Assembly (NCBI GenBank): GCA_964016885.1
Contig: OZ024743.1
Location: 57,350,001 to 57,414,000, forward strand
Reading direction: 5' to 3'
DNA: 64,000 nucleotides
Origin: Eledone cirrhosa
Lineage: Eukaryota
Of this stretch, positions 12,024-25,124 are shown in pieces (the first letter of the stretch is position 1; the number at the start of each line of letters is the position of its first letter). The position numbers and the translations under genes are program-made. The notes under the pieces are model-generated. The model was not told where the DNA came from and searched no databases. It saw only the letters and a list, made by a program, of their open reading frames with translations.

Positions 12024-15000
12024 ATGGATGTGTTAAGAGTAGGATGTTTGAATGCACGTGGCCTGGGCTCAACTTGGAAGCAAGCAAAGCTTCTAAATGA
12101 CCTCAGGTCATGTAGTATAAATGTAATGGTTATCTGTGAGACTCGAATCAGCGTCATGCGGCAGCTGGCCCCCACCTTCGATGACTTTGAAGTGCATGCA
12201 TCTCTCTGTCAACCTGGAGGTGGGGGTGGGGTTGTCGTGCTGCTGCAAAAACACCTGGGTCTTGCCGTACAGGTTGTGCACTCGGACCCGGAGGGTCGTT
12301 TGTTGGTGCTAGACGTTGGCAGTAGTGAAAGTGCGGCCTTGAGACTGGTCGCCGTCTACTCCCCTTTCGGAGCTGAACGGCCCGACTTCTTCCAGCGTTT
12401 GGAGACTTTTCTGGGAACGTCGCGTTCCCTGCTTCTAGCGGGGGATTGGAATGACATCCTGGATGCACGTTGGGACTATGCAGGAGCATGTCCTAATAGA
12501 GGGGGGTGTAACAGCCTCAAGGGGTTACTCGACCGTTTTAACTTGGTCGATAGATATCGACTAGATTTTCCAACTGTGCCTACCTGGACTTGGAGAAACC
12601 ACAGTGGTCAATCTAGATCGTACTTAGATAGATTCTTAGTTAGAAGTAAGGATAGGGACATATTAAGCTGTCCAGAAATGCGCACGGTTGGCTACACGGA
12701 TCACAAATTAGTGACCTGCGTGGTCAATCTCGAGAAAACACATAGACAGGGTCCCGGTTACTGGAAACTTAATTTGTCTTTACCGGCAAAAGAGACTTAC
12801 AGAAACCGGATTAGCAGATTAGTTAAGGAGAGGTTGACGGGTGCAATCGTCAACAACCGATGGTGGGCATCTCTCAAAACAGAGATTAGAACAGAATCAA
12901 TAAGTTATAGCAAGATGTTAGCTGCCAATAGGAATAGAAACGAGAAAGAATTAACAGGTAAATTAGAAGAGGCAATCAAGAGCGAAGATGTGGCCAGAGT
13001 GCTGGCATCGAGGACGGCCTTGAACCAGTTTTTCGATGCAAAGCATGAAGGCTGCGTCATTCGAAGTAAAATACGTGCTCTAGGTAATGAGGGGGCCAAA
13101 GCCGTTGGATGGGCCCGCGTGACAGAAGCTAAAAGTGGAAATCGATCCACCATCCGGTCGTTGCAAGACGAAGATGGACGAGTGATCCGGGAGCCTAAGC
13201 AGATGTGCGAGGCCTTTCAAAAGCACTTTGCCCGATTGTTCGGGGGAGGCGAGGGTCCGGGCCGGGGCGTGGATTTCGGTCCATACCTCGACGGCCTGCC
13301 GCGTCTCTCGAACAAAGAGGCGGAGTCCTGCGAGGGACCAATCTCGGCTGATGAGATCGGAGATGCGCTGAGCCAATGCAGCAGACGCAAATCTCCAGGT
13401 CTCGATGGTATACCTTACGAACTTTATTTAGCAATGCCGGTCTTCTTCTCCGAACTCCTCGAAGCGGTCTACTGCAATTGGCAGCAGAACGGGAGAATTC
13501 CTTGTTCTGTAGCCAAGGGCGTAGTCACGCTGGTGAGGAAGGACGAGAACAAGGGGGATAGTATAAATAATTTTCGGCCCATAACCCTGCTAAACACAGA
13601 GTTAAAGATTTTGGCCAAGGTGTTAGCAAAGAGGTTGGCGCTTGTCGTGGGTGGCCTGGTGGGAGATGCGCAGACATGTGCTATCCCATCCAGGTCCATT
13701 CACGATAACCTCCACCTCATGCGATACATCATAGAGAGGGTTGGCAACAAACCCGGCTTCGGTGGGGCCCTGATCAACTTGGATCAGTCTAAGGCCTTCG
13801 ATAGGGTCGACCATGGTTACCTGGATGCGGTGCTAGCGGCGGCTGGGTTCGGTCCTGTTTTCAGAGGCTGGATCACTGCCCTACATAGCAACCACATCTG
13901 TTCTAGGATCAAGGTGAACGGCTACCTTTCGAAGCCGTTCGAAATCACACGATCCATTCGACAGGGGTGCCCTCTCTCCTCCCTTCTGTACGTATTGACT
14001 CTCGAGCCTTTACTGAGGAAGTTGGAGTTGTTGCAGGGTATCCCCCTGGAACCAGGATTGAGCAAAGCGGTGTCGGCCTACGCCGATGACGTAACAGTAA
14101 TGGTATCAACCGACTCGGAGATCGAGGCGATCGGTACCTTACTGGAGGAGTACGAAAGGTTGTCAGGAGCGAAACTGAACCGGGAAAAATCCATCGGGCT
14201 GCAACTCGGAACGTGGAGAGGCAGACCGATGCCTCCCGATGGTGTCGTCGGACACTGGACGGAGGGCCCGGTAAAGTTGCTTGGGGTCTGGTTTGGACCG
14301 GACCTCCAGGTGGAAAAGAACTGGAACGAGGTTACGAACAAGGTGTTTGCACTAACCCAGAAATGGGCCAAGTGTAAGCTGTCCCTAAAAGGCCGGGCGG
14401 AGGTGGCGAACATTTACATAGCGTCCGTCACTTACTACCGCCTGACTGTCGTGCCTTGCCCTAAGGAAACACTCACCACCATGGAACGCATGCTCTTCCA
14501 ATTTCTTTGGAAGAAGCGTCCTCCTATGGTGAGAAGATCCATCTGCTGCCAACAACCTTCGAAAGGAGGGCTGGGGATGCCGTGGTTGATGATGCGTAGG
14601 CACGCATTAAGGCTACGGCACCTACAGGTATTCCTCACTGGTCAACCGGTGTGGGCTCCGTTCGTGAAACGAGCCTTTCCGAGACTCGTCTCACTCACCG
14701 AGCTACAGTCCTGGGTCAAGCAAAGATCCGGAAAACTGGGAGACTGGCACACTGAGTGTGCTCAGGCGCTCAGGGCTCTCTGGCAAGCGGGCCGGGCCAT
14801 CGGTGGAGAATCCACCTCATCATTCTATAGAGGGCTGGTGGCTAGCAGGGGCGATGACACCCTTGGAGAGTCGCTGGACATGGAAGAAGACGAACTGGCC
14901 AGCCTGTTCGGTAGGACTTTCGGCCCAGGACCAATGGACAACTTCCAGAAGTCACTGGCCTGGCAGTGCTACCGAGGGGCTCTACCCGTTCGAGAGAGGC

Positions 15001-15461
15001 TCTACAGACACGGGCGCCCGGGCAGGGATCCTTCAAAAAAGATTTGCCCTAGATGCGTGCGTCACGAAGAAACCGTGGCGCACGCATTGGTGCAATGTCC
15101 GGGCGTGGCTGATCTGTGGGGCTACGCCGAACAACTGCTGTCGCGGGTGGCGCCGATTAAATTGACAGCCGAGTCCGTGATGACAATCAAACCGCCTCCC
15201 CTCTTCACAAAGGAAGCAAAGGCGGTTTTTCTGTGCGTAATAGCCATGTTGAAAGAGGTTGTTTGGTGGACACGATTGAAAGGTCTGAGGTCAGGCAACT
15301 TCCTCTCTGGCCATAGTCTGGTCTACTTCTTCCGATATCACTTCGGAAGAAGGATAAGAATGGAGAGAGAGGTGCTTGGCCACAGGCAGTTTTATGAAAG
15401 GTGGGTGATAGTGGCGAGAATGGCTCGTGTAAATGGGCCTTCTCTGTATACCATCCTGTAG
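12024..15461 (+). CDS. Tx1 ORF2: apurinic-like endonuclease + reverse transcriptase + C-terminal zinc finger, intact 1145 aa
   Basis: LNARGL, ICETR, AGDWN, SYLDRF, TDH (APE); GPGYWKLN, KSPGLDG, FRPITLLN, LDQSKAFD, RQGCPLS, YADD (RT); CPRC..HALVQC. Confidence 0.96.
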   Translation: MDVLRVGCLNARGLGSTWKQAKLLNDLRSCSINVMVICETRISVMRQLAPTFDDFEVHASLCQPGGGGGVVVLLQKHLGLAVQVVHSDPEGRLLVLDVGSSESAALRLVAVYSPFGAERPDFFQRLETFLGTSRSLLLAGDWNDILDARWDYAGACPNRGGCNSLKGLLDRFNLVDRYRLDFPTVPTWTWRNHSGQSRSYLDRFLVRSKDRDILSCPEMRTVGYTDHKLVTCVVNLEKTHRQGPGYWKLNLSLPAKETYRNRISRLVKERLTGAIVNNRWWASLKTEIRTESISYSKMLAANRNRNEKELTGKLEEAIKSEDVARVLASRTALNQFFDAKHEGCVIRSKIRALGNEGAKAVGWARVTEAKSGNRSTIRSLQDEDGRVIREPKQMCEAFQKHFARLFGGGEGPGRGVDFGPYLDGLPRLSNKEAESCEGPISADEIGDALSQCSRRKSPGLDGIPYELYLAMPVFFSELLEAVYCNWQQNGRIPCSVAKGVVTLVRKDENKGDSINNFRPITLLNTELKILAKVLAKRLALVVGGLVGDAQTCAIPSRSIHDNLHLMRYIIERVGNKPGFGGALINLDQSKAFDRVDHGYLDAVLAAAGFGPVFRGWITALHSNHICSRIKVNGYLSKPFEITRSIRQGCPLSSLLYVLTLEPLLRKLELLQGIPLEPGLSKAVSAYADDVTVMVSTDSEIEAIGTLLEEYERLSGAKLNREKSIGLQLGTWRGRPMPPDGVVGHWTEGPVKLLGVWFGPDLQVEKNWNEVTNKVFALTQKWAKCKLSLKGRAEVANIYIASVTYYRLTVVPCPKETLTTMERMLFQFLWKKRPPMVRRSICCQQPSKGGLGMPWLMMRRHALRLRHLQVFLTGQPVWAPFVKRAFPRLVSLTELQSWVKQRSGKLGDWHTECAQALRALWQAGRAIGGESTSSFYRGLVASRGDDTLGESLDMEEDELASLFGRTFGPGPMDNFQKSLAWQCYRGALPVRERLYRHGRPGRDPSKKICPRCVRHEETVAHALVQCPGVADLWGYAEQLLSRVAPIKLTAESVMTIKPPPLFTKEAKAVFLCVIAMLKEVVWWTRLKGLRSGNFLSGHSLVYFFRYHFGRRIRMEREVLGHRQFYERWVIVARMARVNGPSLYTIL

Positions 15462-15937
15462 GTAAAGAAGTAAAGGAGAGGGGAGCACCTTCTCCATGTG
15501 CTCCCCGGGCAAAGGATTGCACACTTTTTCGGGGGTGTGTGCAACCCCCATCACGTCCCCTCCCTTTTGAGGTTATTTTCGATTATTTTCATGTTACACC
15601 CTTTTTACTCGATTATATGTAAACTCCCCCTTTGTATTTGTCCCTTCTTTTTATGCCTTTATGGTAAATAAAGAAATCTATCTATCTATCTATCTATCTG
15701 CCTGATAATCTAGCTGTCGTCTGTTCGACAGCGTAGACGTAATTCACTTCGCGCAGAAGTTTTGTTCCAATTTATTGCGGAAATTTTGTAAGTTTAATTT
15801 TAATTTTGATACTATTGTGTAGCTTGATCCCCCGTCTGAACTGTCAGGCGGTGGGTCAGCTCATCTTCGCCCCTCCCAGGGGTGAAAAACCTGCTTTTAA
15901 AAATTTTGTGGCATAAAATTTCAATCGTCTGACAGAA

Positions 15938-17837
15938 ATGTTAAACGAAGCTAACGAAAATAGTGGTGGGGGGGGGACAGCGGTAAGAGTTGTAAGCTCG
16001 CACGCTTTAGTCCCCCCTTCCTTCCCAACTAACGTCATAGAGAAGGAAAGAAAAAATAAAATAAAAACAGACGAATGTGCGGAGAAAAATGACGAAAACA
16101 CAAATCTGGAGATTGATTCCAACAACAAAAAAAATTTGAAAGAATTGCATGGCAATATTAATACCACAAACAAAGAAACAACAAACACAAAAATAACATT
16201 TGAAAACAACATCATAACAGAAAGCAAAGCAGACAACAAAGTCAACACCAATAATATTTCATTTGCACAAACAGCAAAGAAATCTTTAACATATATACCT
16301 GAAAATATTTCAGATGTGGCACAAAGAATAAAAAACGCCAAACAATACATAACTCAAGGGGAAAATGGAACCTTATCGGTAAAAATGCCCCAAGAACTCA
16401 CCAAAGATATTGAAAGTCGGACGGTCGTTTTCCGCACCATCAACAACATCTCAAAAAAACCTCAACAACCAACACAAGCAGAAATTAAATTACTTACAGA
16501 AGTACTTAATGAAGCCACTTTCATAAGAAGAGACAGGCTGTATGGAAGCCTAGCGATTATTATGAAGAACGAATCAGCGGCAAAAAAATATGCTTTGTCG
16601 CCGATTCGTTCGACAAATTTTACCTTTTATCCATCTTATATGGGTAAAAGAACTCAGCGCATATGGCTGGATGCGATGATGCCAGATGTGGACTACTGCT
16701 GGCTCATAGCTGGCTTCATCGATCCAGCGAATGACAACGTGATTTCCATTGGGAAAACCACAGGCAATGCGTTCAGTGGAACAGGTATAGAACTTGTAGT
16801 GCAAATGAAGCCTGAACGCATTGCCCAAATACCCGACAGAATCCTATTAGAGGGCCACGGGTATATAAACATTAGCGTGGAGGGGAGAAGGCCGTACTGT
16901 CATATCTGTGCAGGCAGAGGGCACCTGAAGGCGGCTTGTCCCCAACTCAACAAGAAGAAAACCCTGCTACCAACACCAGCTCCACCACCACCACAACAGA
17001 TAAACAAACAACAAAACTGAGTCCCACCCAACCCGTCCCTCAGTAAAACTACACCACCACCACAACACAAACAGACACAACAGATTACCCAAAAACAAAA
17101 CAGTCCCACCCAACCCCTCACTCAATAAAACAACGCAACCACCGCAGCCACAACACACAACACAGTCTGACATAGTGACATCCATCTCCCCCACAAAGAA
17201 AACCAACACGGAAACATTACCAGCAAACATACCTCTTCCCTCCAACACTGAAGATAACCCAACGAATTCGGAGGAAGAAACGGAGTCCTTCAGATAGATT
17301 AAAAGGAAAAAAAGAAAACATGTGCAGAACACACAAGGCCAAACAACCCCTACCCAAATGTCAACACAATCCAACAAAACACAAAACACCCCTCCAGCAA
17401 CAAACAAAACCAAACCTGCCCCTCCCCTCTTCGAAACACTCACACCATCCGAAAAAAAGACATTACACTATACTTACATCAACAGAAACAATAATAAATT
17501 AAATGAACTCATAAACAATAACCCTTCGGTACAAACCGAAGGGGTAAACTTTGTTTCTTCAGAAAACTACCCACATTTAAAATTAATAAAGATCCCAATG
17601 AACCTCTACCAAAAACTAAAAAAGGATTTTAAGGAGGACGTAGGACCACCCTCTGTCAAACCCATAAACCGCGTCCTCCTAAAAAGCTTTCCCCCCCCTT
17701 CCCATCCCCAACACAACTCCAAACACCCCAACCCCACCACACACTGACGACCCCACACCACCACAAGACACCCCTTCACCCAACACCCCCGACCCCATGG
17801 AAGTCGTGCGACCCGAACCCGGGAAGCAGAAAGGTAG
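15938..17837 (+). pseudogene. Tx1 copy 2 ORF1 with premature stops and frameshifts
   Basis: TGA at 17018-17020 where copy 1 has TCA; further TAG and indels downstream. Confidence 0.88.
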
Positions 17838-17869
17838 GTCTCTACACTCTCCTTTGGTTTGCCGCCCAC

Positions 17870-20800
17870 ATGGATGTGTTAAGAGTAGGATGTTTGAATG
17901 CACGTGGCCTGGGCTCAACTTGGAAGCAAGCAAAGCTTTTAAATGACCTCAGGTCACGTGGTATAAATGTAATGGTTATCTGTGAGACTCGGATCAGCGT
18001 CGTGCGGCAGCTGGCCTCTACCTTCGATGACTTTGAGGTGCATGCATCTCTCTGTCAACCTGGAGGTGGTGGTGGGGTTGTCGTACTGCTGGAAAAACAC
18101 CTGGGTCTCGCCGTACAGGTTGTTCACTCGGACCCGGAAGGTTGTTTGTTGGTGCTAGACGTTGGCAGTAGTGAAGGTGCGGCCTTGAGACTGGTCGCCG
18201 TCTACTCCCCTTTCGGAGCTGAACGACCCGACTTCTTCCAGCGTCTGGAGACTTTTTTGGGAACGTCGCGTTCCCTGCTTCTAGCGGGGCATTGGAATGA
18301 CATCCTATGCAGGAGCATGTCCTAATAGAGGGGGTGTAACAGCCTCAAGGGGTTACTCGACCGTTTTAACTTGGTCGATAGATATCGACTAGATTTTCCA
18401 ACTGTGCCAACCTGGACTTGGACGAACCACAGTGGTCAATCTATATCGTACTTAGATAGATTCTTAGTTAGAAGTAAGGATAGGGACATATTAAGCTGTT
18501 CAGAAATGCGCACGGTTGGCTACACGGATCACAAATTAGTGACCTGCGTAGTCAATCTCGAGAAAACACATAAACAGGGTCCCGGTTACTGGAAACTTAA
18601 TTTGTCTTTACCGGCAAAAGAGACTTACAGAAACCGGATTAGCAGATTAGTTAAGGAGAGGTTGACGGGTGCAATCGTCAACAACCGATGGTGGGCATCT
18701 CTCAAAAGAGAGATTAGAACAGAATCAATAAGTTATAGCAAGATGTTAGCTGCCGATAGGAATGGGAACGAGAAAGAATTAACAGGTAAATTAGAAGAGG
18801 CAATCAAGAGCGAAGATGTGGCCATAGTGCTGGCATCGAGGACGGCCTTGAGCCAGTTTTTCGATGCAAAGCACGAAGGCTGCTTCATTCGAAGTAAAAT
18901 ACGTGCTCTAGGTAATGAGGGGGCCAAAGCCGTTGGATGGGCCCGCGTCACAGAAGCTAAGAGTGGAAATCGATCCACCATCCGGTCTTTGCAAGACGAG
19001 GATGGACGGGTGATCCGGGAGCCTAAGCAGATGTGCGAGGCCTTTCAAAGGCACTTTGCCCGATTGTTCGGGGGAGGCGAGGGTCCGGGCGGGGACGTGG
19101 ATTTCGGTCCATACCTCGACGGCCTGCCGCGTCTCTCGAGCGAAGAGGCAGAGTCTTGCGAGGGACCAATCTCGGCTGATGAGATCAGGGATGCGCTGAG
19201 CCAATGCAGCAGACGCAAATCTCCAGGTCTCGATGGTATACCTTACGAACTTTATTTAGCAATGCCGGTCTTCTTCTCCGAACTCCTCGAAGCAGTCTAC
19301 TGCAATTGGCAGCAGAACGGGAGAATTCCTTGTTCTGTAGCCAAGGGCGTAGTCTCACTGGTGAGGAAGGACGAGAACAAGGGGGATAGTATAAATAATT
19401 TTCGGCCCATAACCCTGCTAAACACAGAGTTAAAGATCTTGGCCAAGGTGTTAGGAAAGAGGTTGGCGCTTGTCGTGGGTGGCCTGGTGGGAGATGCGCA
19501 GACACGTGCTATCCCATCCAGGTCCATTCACGACAACCTCCACCTCATGCGATACATCATAGAGAGGGTTGGCAACAAACCCGGCTTCGGTGGAGCCCTG
19601 ATCAACTTGGATCAGTCTAAGGCGTTCGATAGGGTCGACCATCGTTACCTGGATGCGGTGCTAGCGGCGGCTGTGTTCGGTCCTGTTTTCAGAGGCTGGA
19701 TCACTGCCTTACATAGCAACCACATCTATTCTAGAATCAAGGTGAACGGCTATTTTTCGAAGCCGTTCGAAATCACACGATCCATTCGACAGGGGTACCC
19801 TCTCTCCTCCCTTCTGTACGTATTGAATCTCGAGCCTTTACTGAGGAAGTTGGAGTTGTTGCAGGGTATCCCCCTCGAACCAGGATTGAGCAAAGCGGTG
19901 TCGGCCTACGCCGATGACGTAACAGTAATGGTATCGACCAACTCGAGGTTACGAACAAGGTGTTTGCACTAACCCAGAAATGGGCCAAGTGTAAGCTGTC
20001 CCTAAAAGGTCGGGCGGAGGTGGCGAACATTTACATAGCGTCCGTCACTTACTACCGCCTGACTCTCGTGCCTTTCCCTAAGGAAACACTCACCACCATG
20101 GAACGCATGCTCTTTCAATTTCTTTGGAAGAAGCGCCCTCCTATGGTGAGAAGATCCATCTGCTGCCAACAACCTTCGAAAGGAGGGCTGGGGATGCCGT
20201 GGTTGATGATGCGTAGGCACGCATTAAGTCTACGGGACCTACAGGTATTCCTCACTGGTCAACCGGTGTGGGCTCCGTTCGTGAAACGAGCCTTTCCGAG
20301 ACTCGTCTCGCTCACCGAGCTGCAGTCCTGGGTCAAGCAAAGATCCGGAAAACTGGGAGACTGGCACACTGAGTGTGCCCAGGCGCTCAGGGCTCTCTGG
20401 CAAGCGGACCCGGCCATCGGTGGAGAATCCACCTCGTCATTCTATAGAGGGCTGGTGGCTAGCAGGGGCCATGACATCCTTGGAGAGTCGCTGGACATGG
20501 AAAAGGACGAGCTGGCCAGCCTGTTCGGTAGGACTTTCGGCCCGGGACCAATGGACAACTTCCAGAAGTCACTAGCCTGGCAGTGTTACCGGGGGGCTCT
20601 ACCCGTTCGAGAAAAGCTCTACAGACACGATTGCCCGGGCAGGGATCCCTCGAAAAAGATTTGCCCTAGATGCGTGCGTCACGAAGAAACGCACGCATTG
20701 GTGCAATGTCCGGGCGTGGCTGATCTGTGGGGCTACGCCGAACGACTGCTGTCGCGGGTGGCGCCGATTCGATTGACCGCCGAGTCCGTGATGACAATCA

Positions 20801-21072
20801 AGCCGCCTACCCTCTTCACAAAGGAAGCAAAGGCGGTTTTTCTGTGCGTAATAGCCATCTTGAAAGAGGTTGTTTGGTGGACACGATTGAAAGGTCTGAG
20901 GTCAGGCAACTTCCTCTCTGGCCATAGTCTGGTCTACTTCTTCCGATATCACTTCGGAAGAAGGATAAGAATGGAGAGAGAGGTGCTTGGCCACAGGCAG
21001 TTTTATGAAAGGTGGGTGATAGTGGCGAGAATGGCTCGTGTAAATGGGCCTTCTCTGTATACCATCCTGTAG
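17870..21072 (+). pseudogene. Tx1 copy 2 ORF2, disrupted
   Basis: Small deletion/frameshift near 18305 and a ~210-bp deletion near 19947, just after YADD, relative to copy 1. Confidence 0.92.
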
Positions 21073-21339
21073 GTAAAGAAGTGAAGGAGATGGGAGCACC
21101 TTCTCCATGTGCTCCCCGGGCAAAGGATTGCACACTTTTTCGGGGGTGTGTGCAACCCCCATCACGTCCCCTCCCTTTTGAGGTTGTTTTCGATTATTTT
21201 CATTTTATACCCTTTTTACTCGGTTTTATGTAAACTCCCCCTTTGTATTTGTCCCTTCTTTTTATGCCGTTATGGTAAATAAAGAAATCTATCTATCTAT
21301 CTGCCTGTCTATCTATCTATAAATATTCACCCATCCATC

Positions 21340-21354
21340 GATTTCTCTCTCTCA

Positions 21355-21444
<90 letters not shown>

Positions 21445-21501
21445 GCGTGTGTGTGGGTGTGTGTGTGTATGTATGTGTGTGTGTGTGTGTGTATGTGTGT
21501 G

Positions 21502-21534
<33 letters not shown>

Positions 21535-21616
21535 ATATGCGTGTGAATGTGTTTACTTTGGGAAGTTCATATTTTCAAACATATTTTAACATACTTCATC
21601 GTAAATCTTAGAACTA

Positions 21617-21647
<31 letters not shown>

Positions 21648-21730
21648 TGTATGTATGTATGTATGTATGTATGTATGTATGTATGTATGTGTGTGTGTAT
21701 GTTTGTATGTATGTATGTATGTATGTAAAC
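21340..21730. repeat. Compound microsatellites (CT)n, (TA)n, (TG)n, (TATG)n
   Basis: Direct reading. Confidence 0.9.
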
Positions 21731-22779
21731 ATATAAAGAATATGCTTATTTGTTTGAATGTATAAAATATGAGTCTATGCAAATGAAATTGAGTGTAAAT
21801 GTTCTTTATGCGTACATACATCTAAAGAAGTATGTATATAGTGTTTGTCTACAAGAAAGAATCTATATATACATTCACATATATATACACCTATAAGTGT
21901 GTGTGTGAGGATATGCGTGTATGTGCACGTGTGTTTGTGTACGTTTGTATGTATGTTTAGGTGTAAGTTGAGAACGTATCGATTCAGTTATTATTCCCCT
22001 GAGGGAATGTGTGTTTAGTAAAACACTAATCTACTGTTCATATCTTCAGCAGTGTTTAAAGTATGATGTGGTTAGGTGCAGAGGTCGTTGAAGCAAACGA
22101 CATTAGAGATAATAGGGGCAATAATGATGGGTAAAAGATAATTCATCTGCATCAATAATTGATCTTAACTACCCTCTTCAGTTTACTGTACTCACTTTTC
22201 TAAACATTTTATGGTGAATTACAGCAAATTTAAAACTAAATTTCACTGTAAAGTAATGAAAATTGTAATGTATTTCAAATATTTCTGTTGGTAAAATTTA
22301 AGCTGAATTGTAAGAGATATATAACTGTTGATAATATCCTTTTTATTCAAACGCAATACTTGTGTATATAAAGGGAGAATATTAGATAAGTATATAGGGG
22401 CTTATATGCAATAATGTACATTTTTATAAATATTAACAAAGTCGTTTAGTTTATATGAAGCATTGTGAAATATGTGGTTATGATTGTTTTGAGAAAACCG
22501 GTACATTGACAGTTAGAAATATATGAGTGAAAACTGGAATAGATTAAAGTAAGAAAAACAAAACAAAACGGTAGTTTACACTTTTACCTTTTATTTCATG
22601 ATATTTCGAGGACATCATCTCTTTCTCAAAATAAAAGAAATGTATTGTGGCGTTGGATGAGCGGTGATCCACTGTGTAGAAATTATGAATTTCTCCGACC
22701 AAATTTATATGATTCGACTCTGTTTATTTCAAAATGTTTATATATATCTAAAATTATAATTTAATGTGAGAACTACTGT

Positions 22780-23060
22780 TAAGGTTTGTTCCAAACGCCA
22801 ATTTAAAAATAGGAAAATTAGTTGTATTACCAAATCTCTTCAAATTCATGATTTGTTTCAAGATTATTTTAAAATAATAAGTAGCGTCTTTTAGTACATA
22901 TATAGTAGTGACAGTGCCAAAATCTTTGTTATGTTATGTACCAAACACCGGCTTAAAAAGGAGAAAATTACTTATATTACTAAATCCCTCCAAATTCCAT
23001 ATTATTTTCAAAATGATTTTAAAAACACAGGCAGTGTGTTTCATTAAAATTATGACAAAA
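22780..23060. repeat. Diverged ~160-bp tandem duplication; related inverted copy at ~53940-54035
   Basis: gttccaaacgccaatttaaaaatagg vs gtaccaaacaccggcttaaaaagg; reverse complement aagtgggtgtttggaacaacc at ~54015-54034. Confidence 0.5.
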
Positions 23061-23103
23061 GGATTATAGAAAATGACATTGAAGAGTAATCCAATTTTAT
23101 GTC

Positions 23104-23293
23104 ATAATTGTTTCTACTTTAGGCACAAGGCCAGCAATTACCCAGTGCATTACTGGTACTTTATTTTATCGACCCCGTAAGGATGAAAGGCAAAGTTAAC
23201 CTCGACGGGATTTGAACTCAGAATGTAAAGAGACGTAACTATGCTAGAAAGCATGGCGTCCGACCCTCTACCGATACTGCCAATTCACCGCCA
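23104..23293 (-). mobile_element. SINE family A
   Basis: Full reverse-complement consensus from tail to ccgcc head. Confidence 0.9.
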
Positions 23294-24199
23294 TAATGAT
23301 ATTTGAAAAGAGTTTCGAACTAAGCGCTTTAATAAAAATAAAAAAAAAGAAGAACAAGCAAGGAAAGCTGATCATCAGATTGGATCAATGTTTCCATTGG
23401 TTTTTCCATTTCTGATACTATCTGTCGGTCGAAACTCTTGGCAGAAGTGTCGTAGCTTTTCCAGTGACATGAGCCAAGCTTTGAATTCAGAACGTACAGA
23501 ATCGGAAGAGATATCGCGAAGCATCCCAACCGGTGTTTTAACAACTGCGTCAATCCACCGCCATTTGTCTGCTACTGTATCTATCGACACCAAAAGAACG
23601 TGAGACGAAGTTACCCTCGGTGGGATTTGGACTAAGGATTCACAGTGTTCGAACAAATGGTGAGGTAATTAATCCGAGGATCTAAGGACTCTGTCTAACA
23701 AATACGGAGGATAAATTCCAAAGAAAACATATAAGTAAACTAGAATTGAACCAGAACCTTACATGTGTTAACCATTAAATTATATATTTATTGGCCTTGA
23801 TGAATGTAACAAAGTAATATAAACAGTCTATTAAATTCATTAGTTTATTGATTTGTATTGATTAAGAAAAGAACAAGAATAAAAAAGGCATTAAAATGTT
23901 TTGAGAAATTAAGAGTGCAAATAGTGTATTTTCTCCTAGGAACCATTTTATTGAAAACATTAGTGATTTTGCAAAAGAACTATCCAACAAGACTAATTAT
24001 TCTTCAGTGGTATGATATTGTATGACTTGATTATGGGTAATTCCACTGGGAACATCAAGTTATTAATAATAAAGACTTAATTAATTATAATTAAATGATA
24101 TCTGCTATCGAAAATTTGCACCAATACAATTCTTTCCCCTAAACTAAAAATGCATTATATTAATATGTCAACCATATTAATTGAATGTTATGCATCGAT

Positions 24200-24660
24200 T
24201 TCAACGAAGAGTGTTCCAGTTATTTGAACAACGGAACGGCAAGTGACTTAGCATTCATCAAACGCGTACGCCTTTAACGTAGTCATCATAGTCATCAGAG
24301 ACATTCAGTGTGACAGTGTGAAAAGCTGGTTCCTTTAAATTACAGGTAAAACTCATAATCACAACTGAGTAGTCTGGGGCAAGGTGAAATAATTGTTTCT
24401 ACTTTTGGCACAAGGCCAGCAATTATCCCAGTACTTTATTTTATCGACCCCGTAAGGATGAAAGGCAAAGTTAACCACGGCGGGATTTGAACTCAGATCA
24501 TAAAGGGCCGTAACTCTATGCTACAAAGCATGGCGTCCGACCCTCTACCGATACTGCCATACCGCCGCTTTGCTGAAGGATACAATAAGCCGCTGGGAAC
24601 CGAACTATCGAACTTACGTCCGTGAGCCGAACATCCTAACCATTTAGCCACGTGCCTTCA
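24200..24660 (-). mobile_element. SINE family B interrupted by a SINE family A copy (24389-24568)
   Basis: Family B sequence resumes after the A copy (ttgctgaaggatacaat...gaaccgaac). Confidence 0.7.
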
Positions 24661-25054
24661 CTAACAATGTTAACCAATAGCTAAACTACATCTGTTTGTC
24701 CAGCAATAAAAAATATAGTTGTTATCGTCTCTTCCGTGGAATTCCACTTTCTCTCTCACCCATCCTCTTTCTCCAACTTTCCCTCATCCTCTCTCTCCCA
24801 CTCTCCCCATCCTCTCTCTCCCACTCACCCCCATCGTCTCTCTCCCACTTTCACCCCCCCCCATCGTCTCACTTCCAGTCTCCCCCACTATATTAATTTA
24901 TCTATACATACGTACTTATATAATTCAATATATGGATGCATACATGTGCTCATACATTTGATACACATACATCCCCCATACACACCCACCCACCCACACA
25001 CGTATATAAATATATCCATATATATATATACACATAGATGCATACATCTATGTT

Positions 25055-25122
<68 letters not shown>

Positions 25123-25124
25123 TA

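Larger units (their letters stand above)
9877..15676 (+). mobile_element. Full-length Tx1/L1-clade non-LTR retrotransposon, copy 1
   Basis: ~230-bp 5'UTR, gag-like ORF1, APE-RT ORF2, and a 3'UTR ending AATAAAGAAA directly into (TCTA)n. Confidence 0.95.
15705..21287 (+). mobile_element. Tx1/L1-clade element, copy 2 (head-to-tail with copy 1, disabled)
   Basis: Same 5' start (ataatctagctgtcg) and 3' end (AATAAAGAAA) as copy 1; flanked by TCTA repeats. Confidence 0.95.

Noticed and set aside
10048-21233. Antisense and nested ORFs over the Tx1 elements
   Set aside because: Shadow frames of GC-rich or compositionally biased coding sequence.
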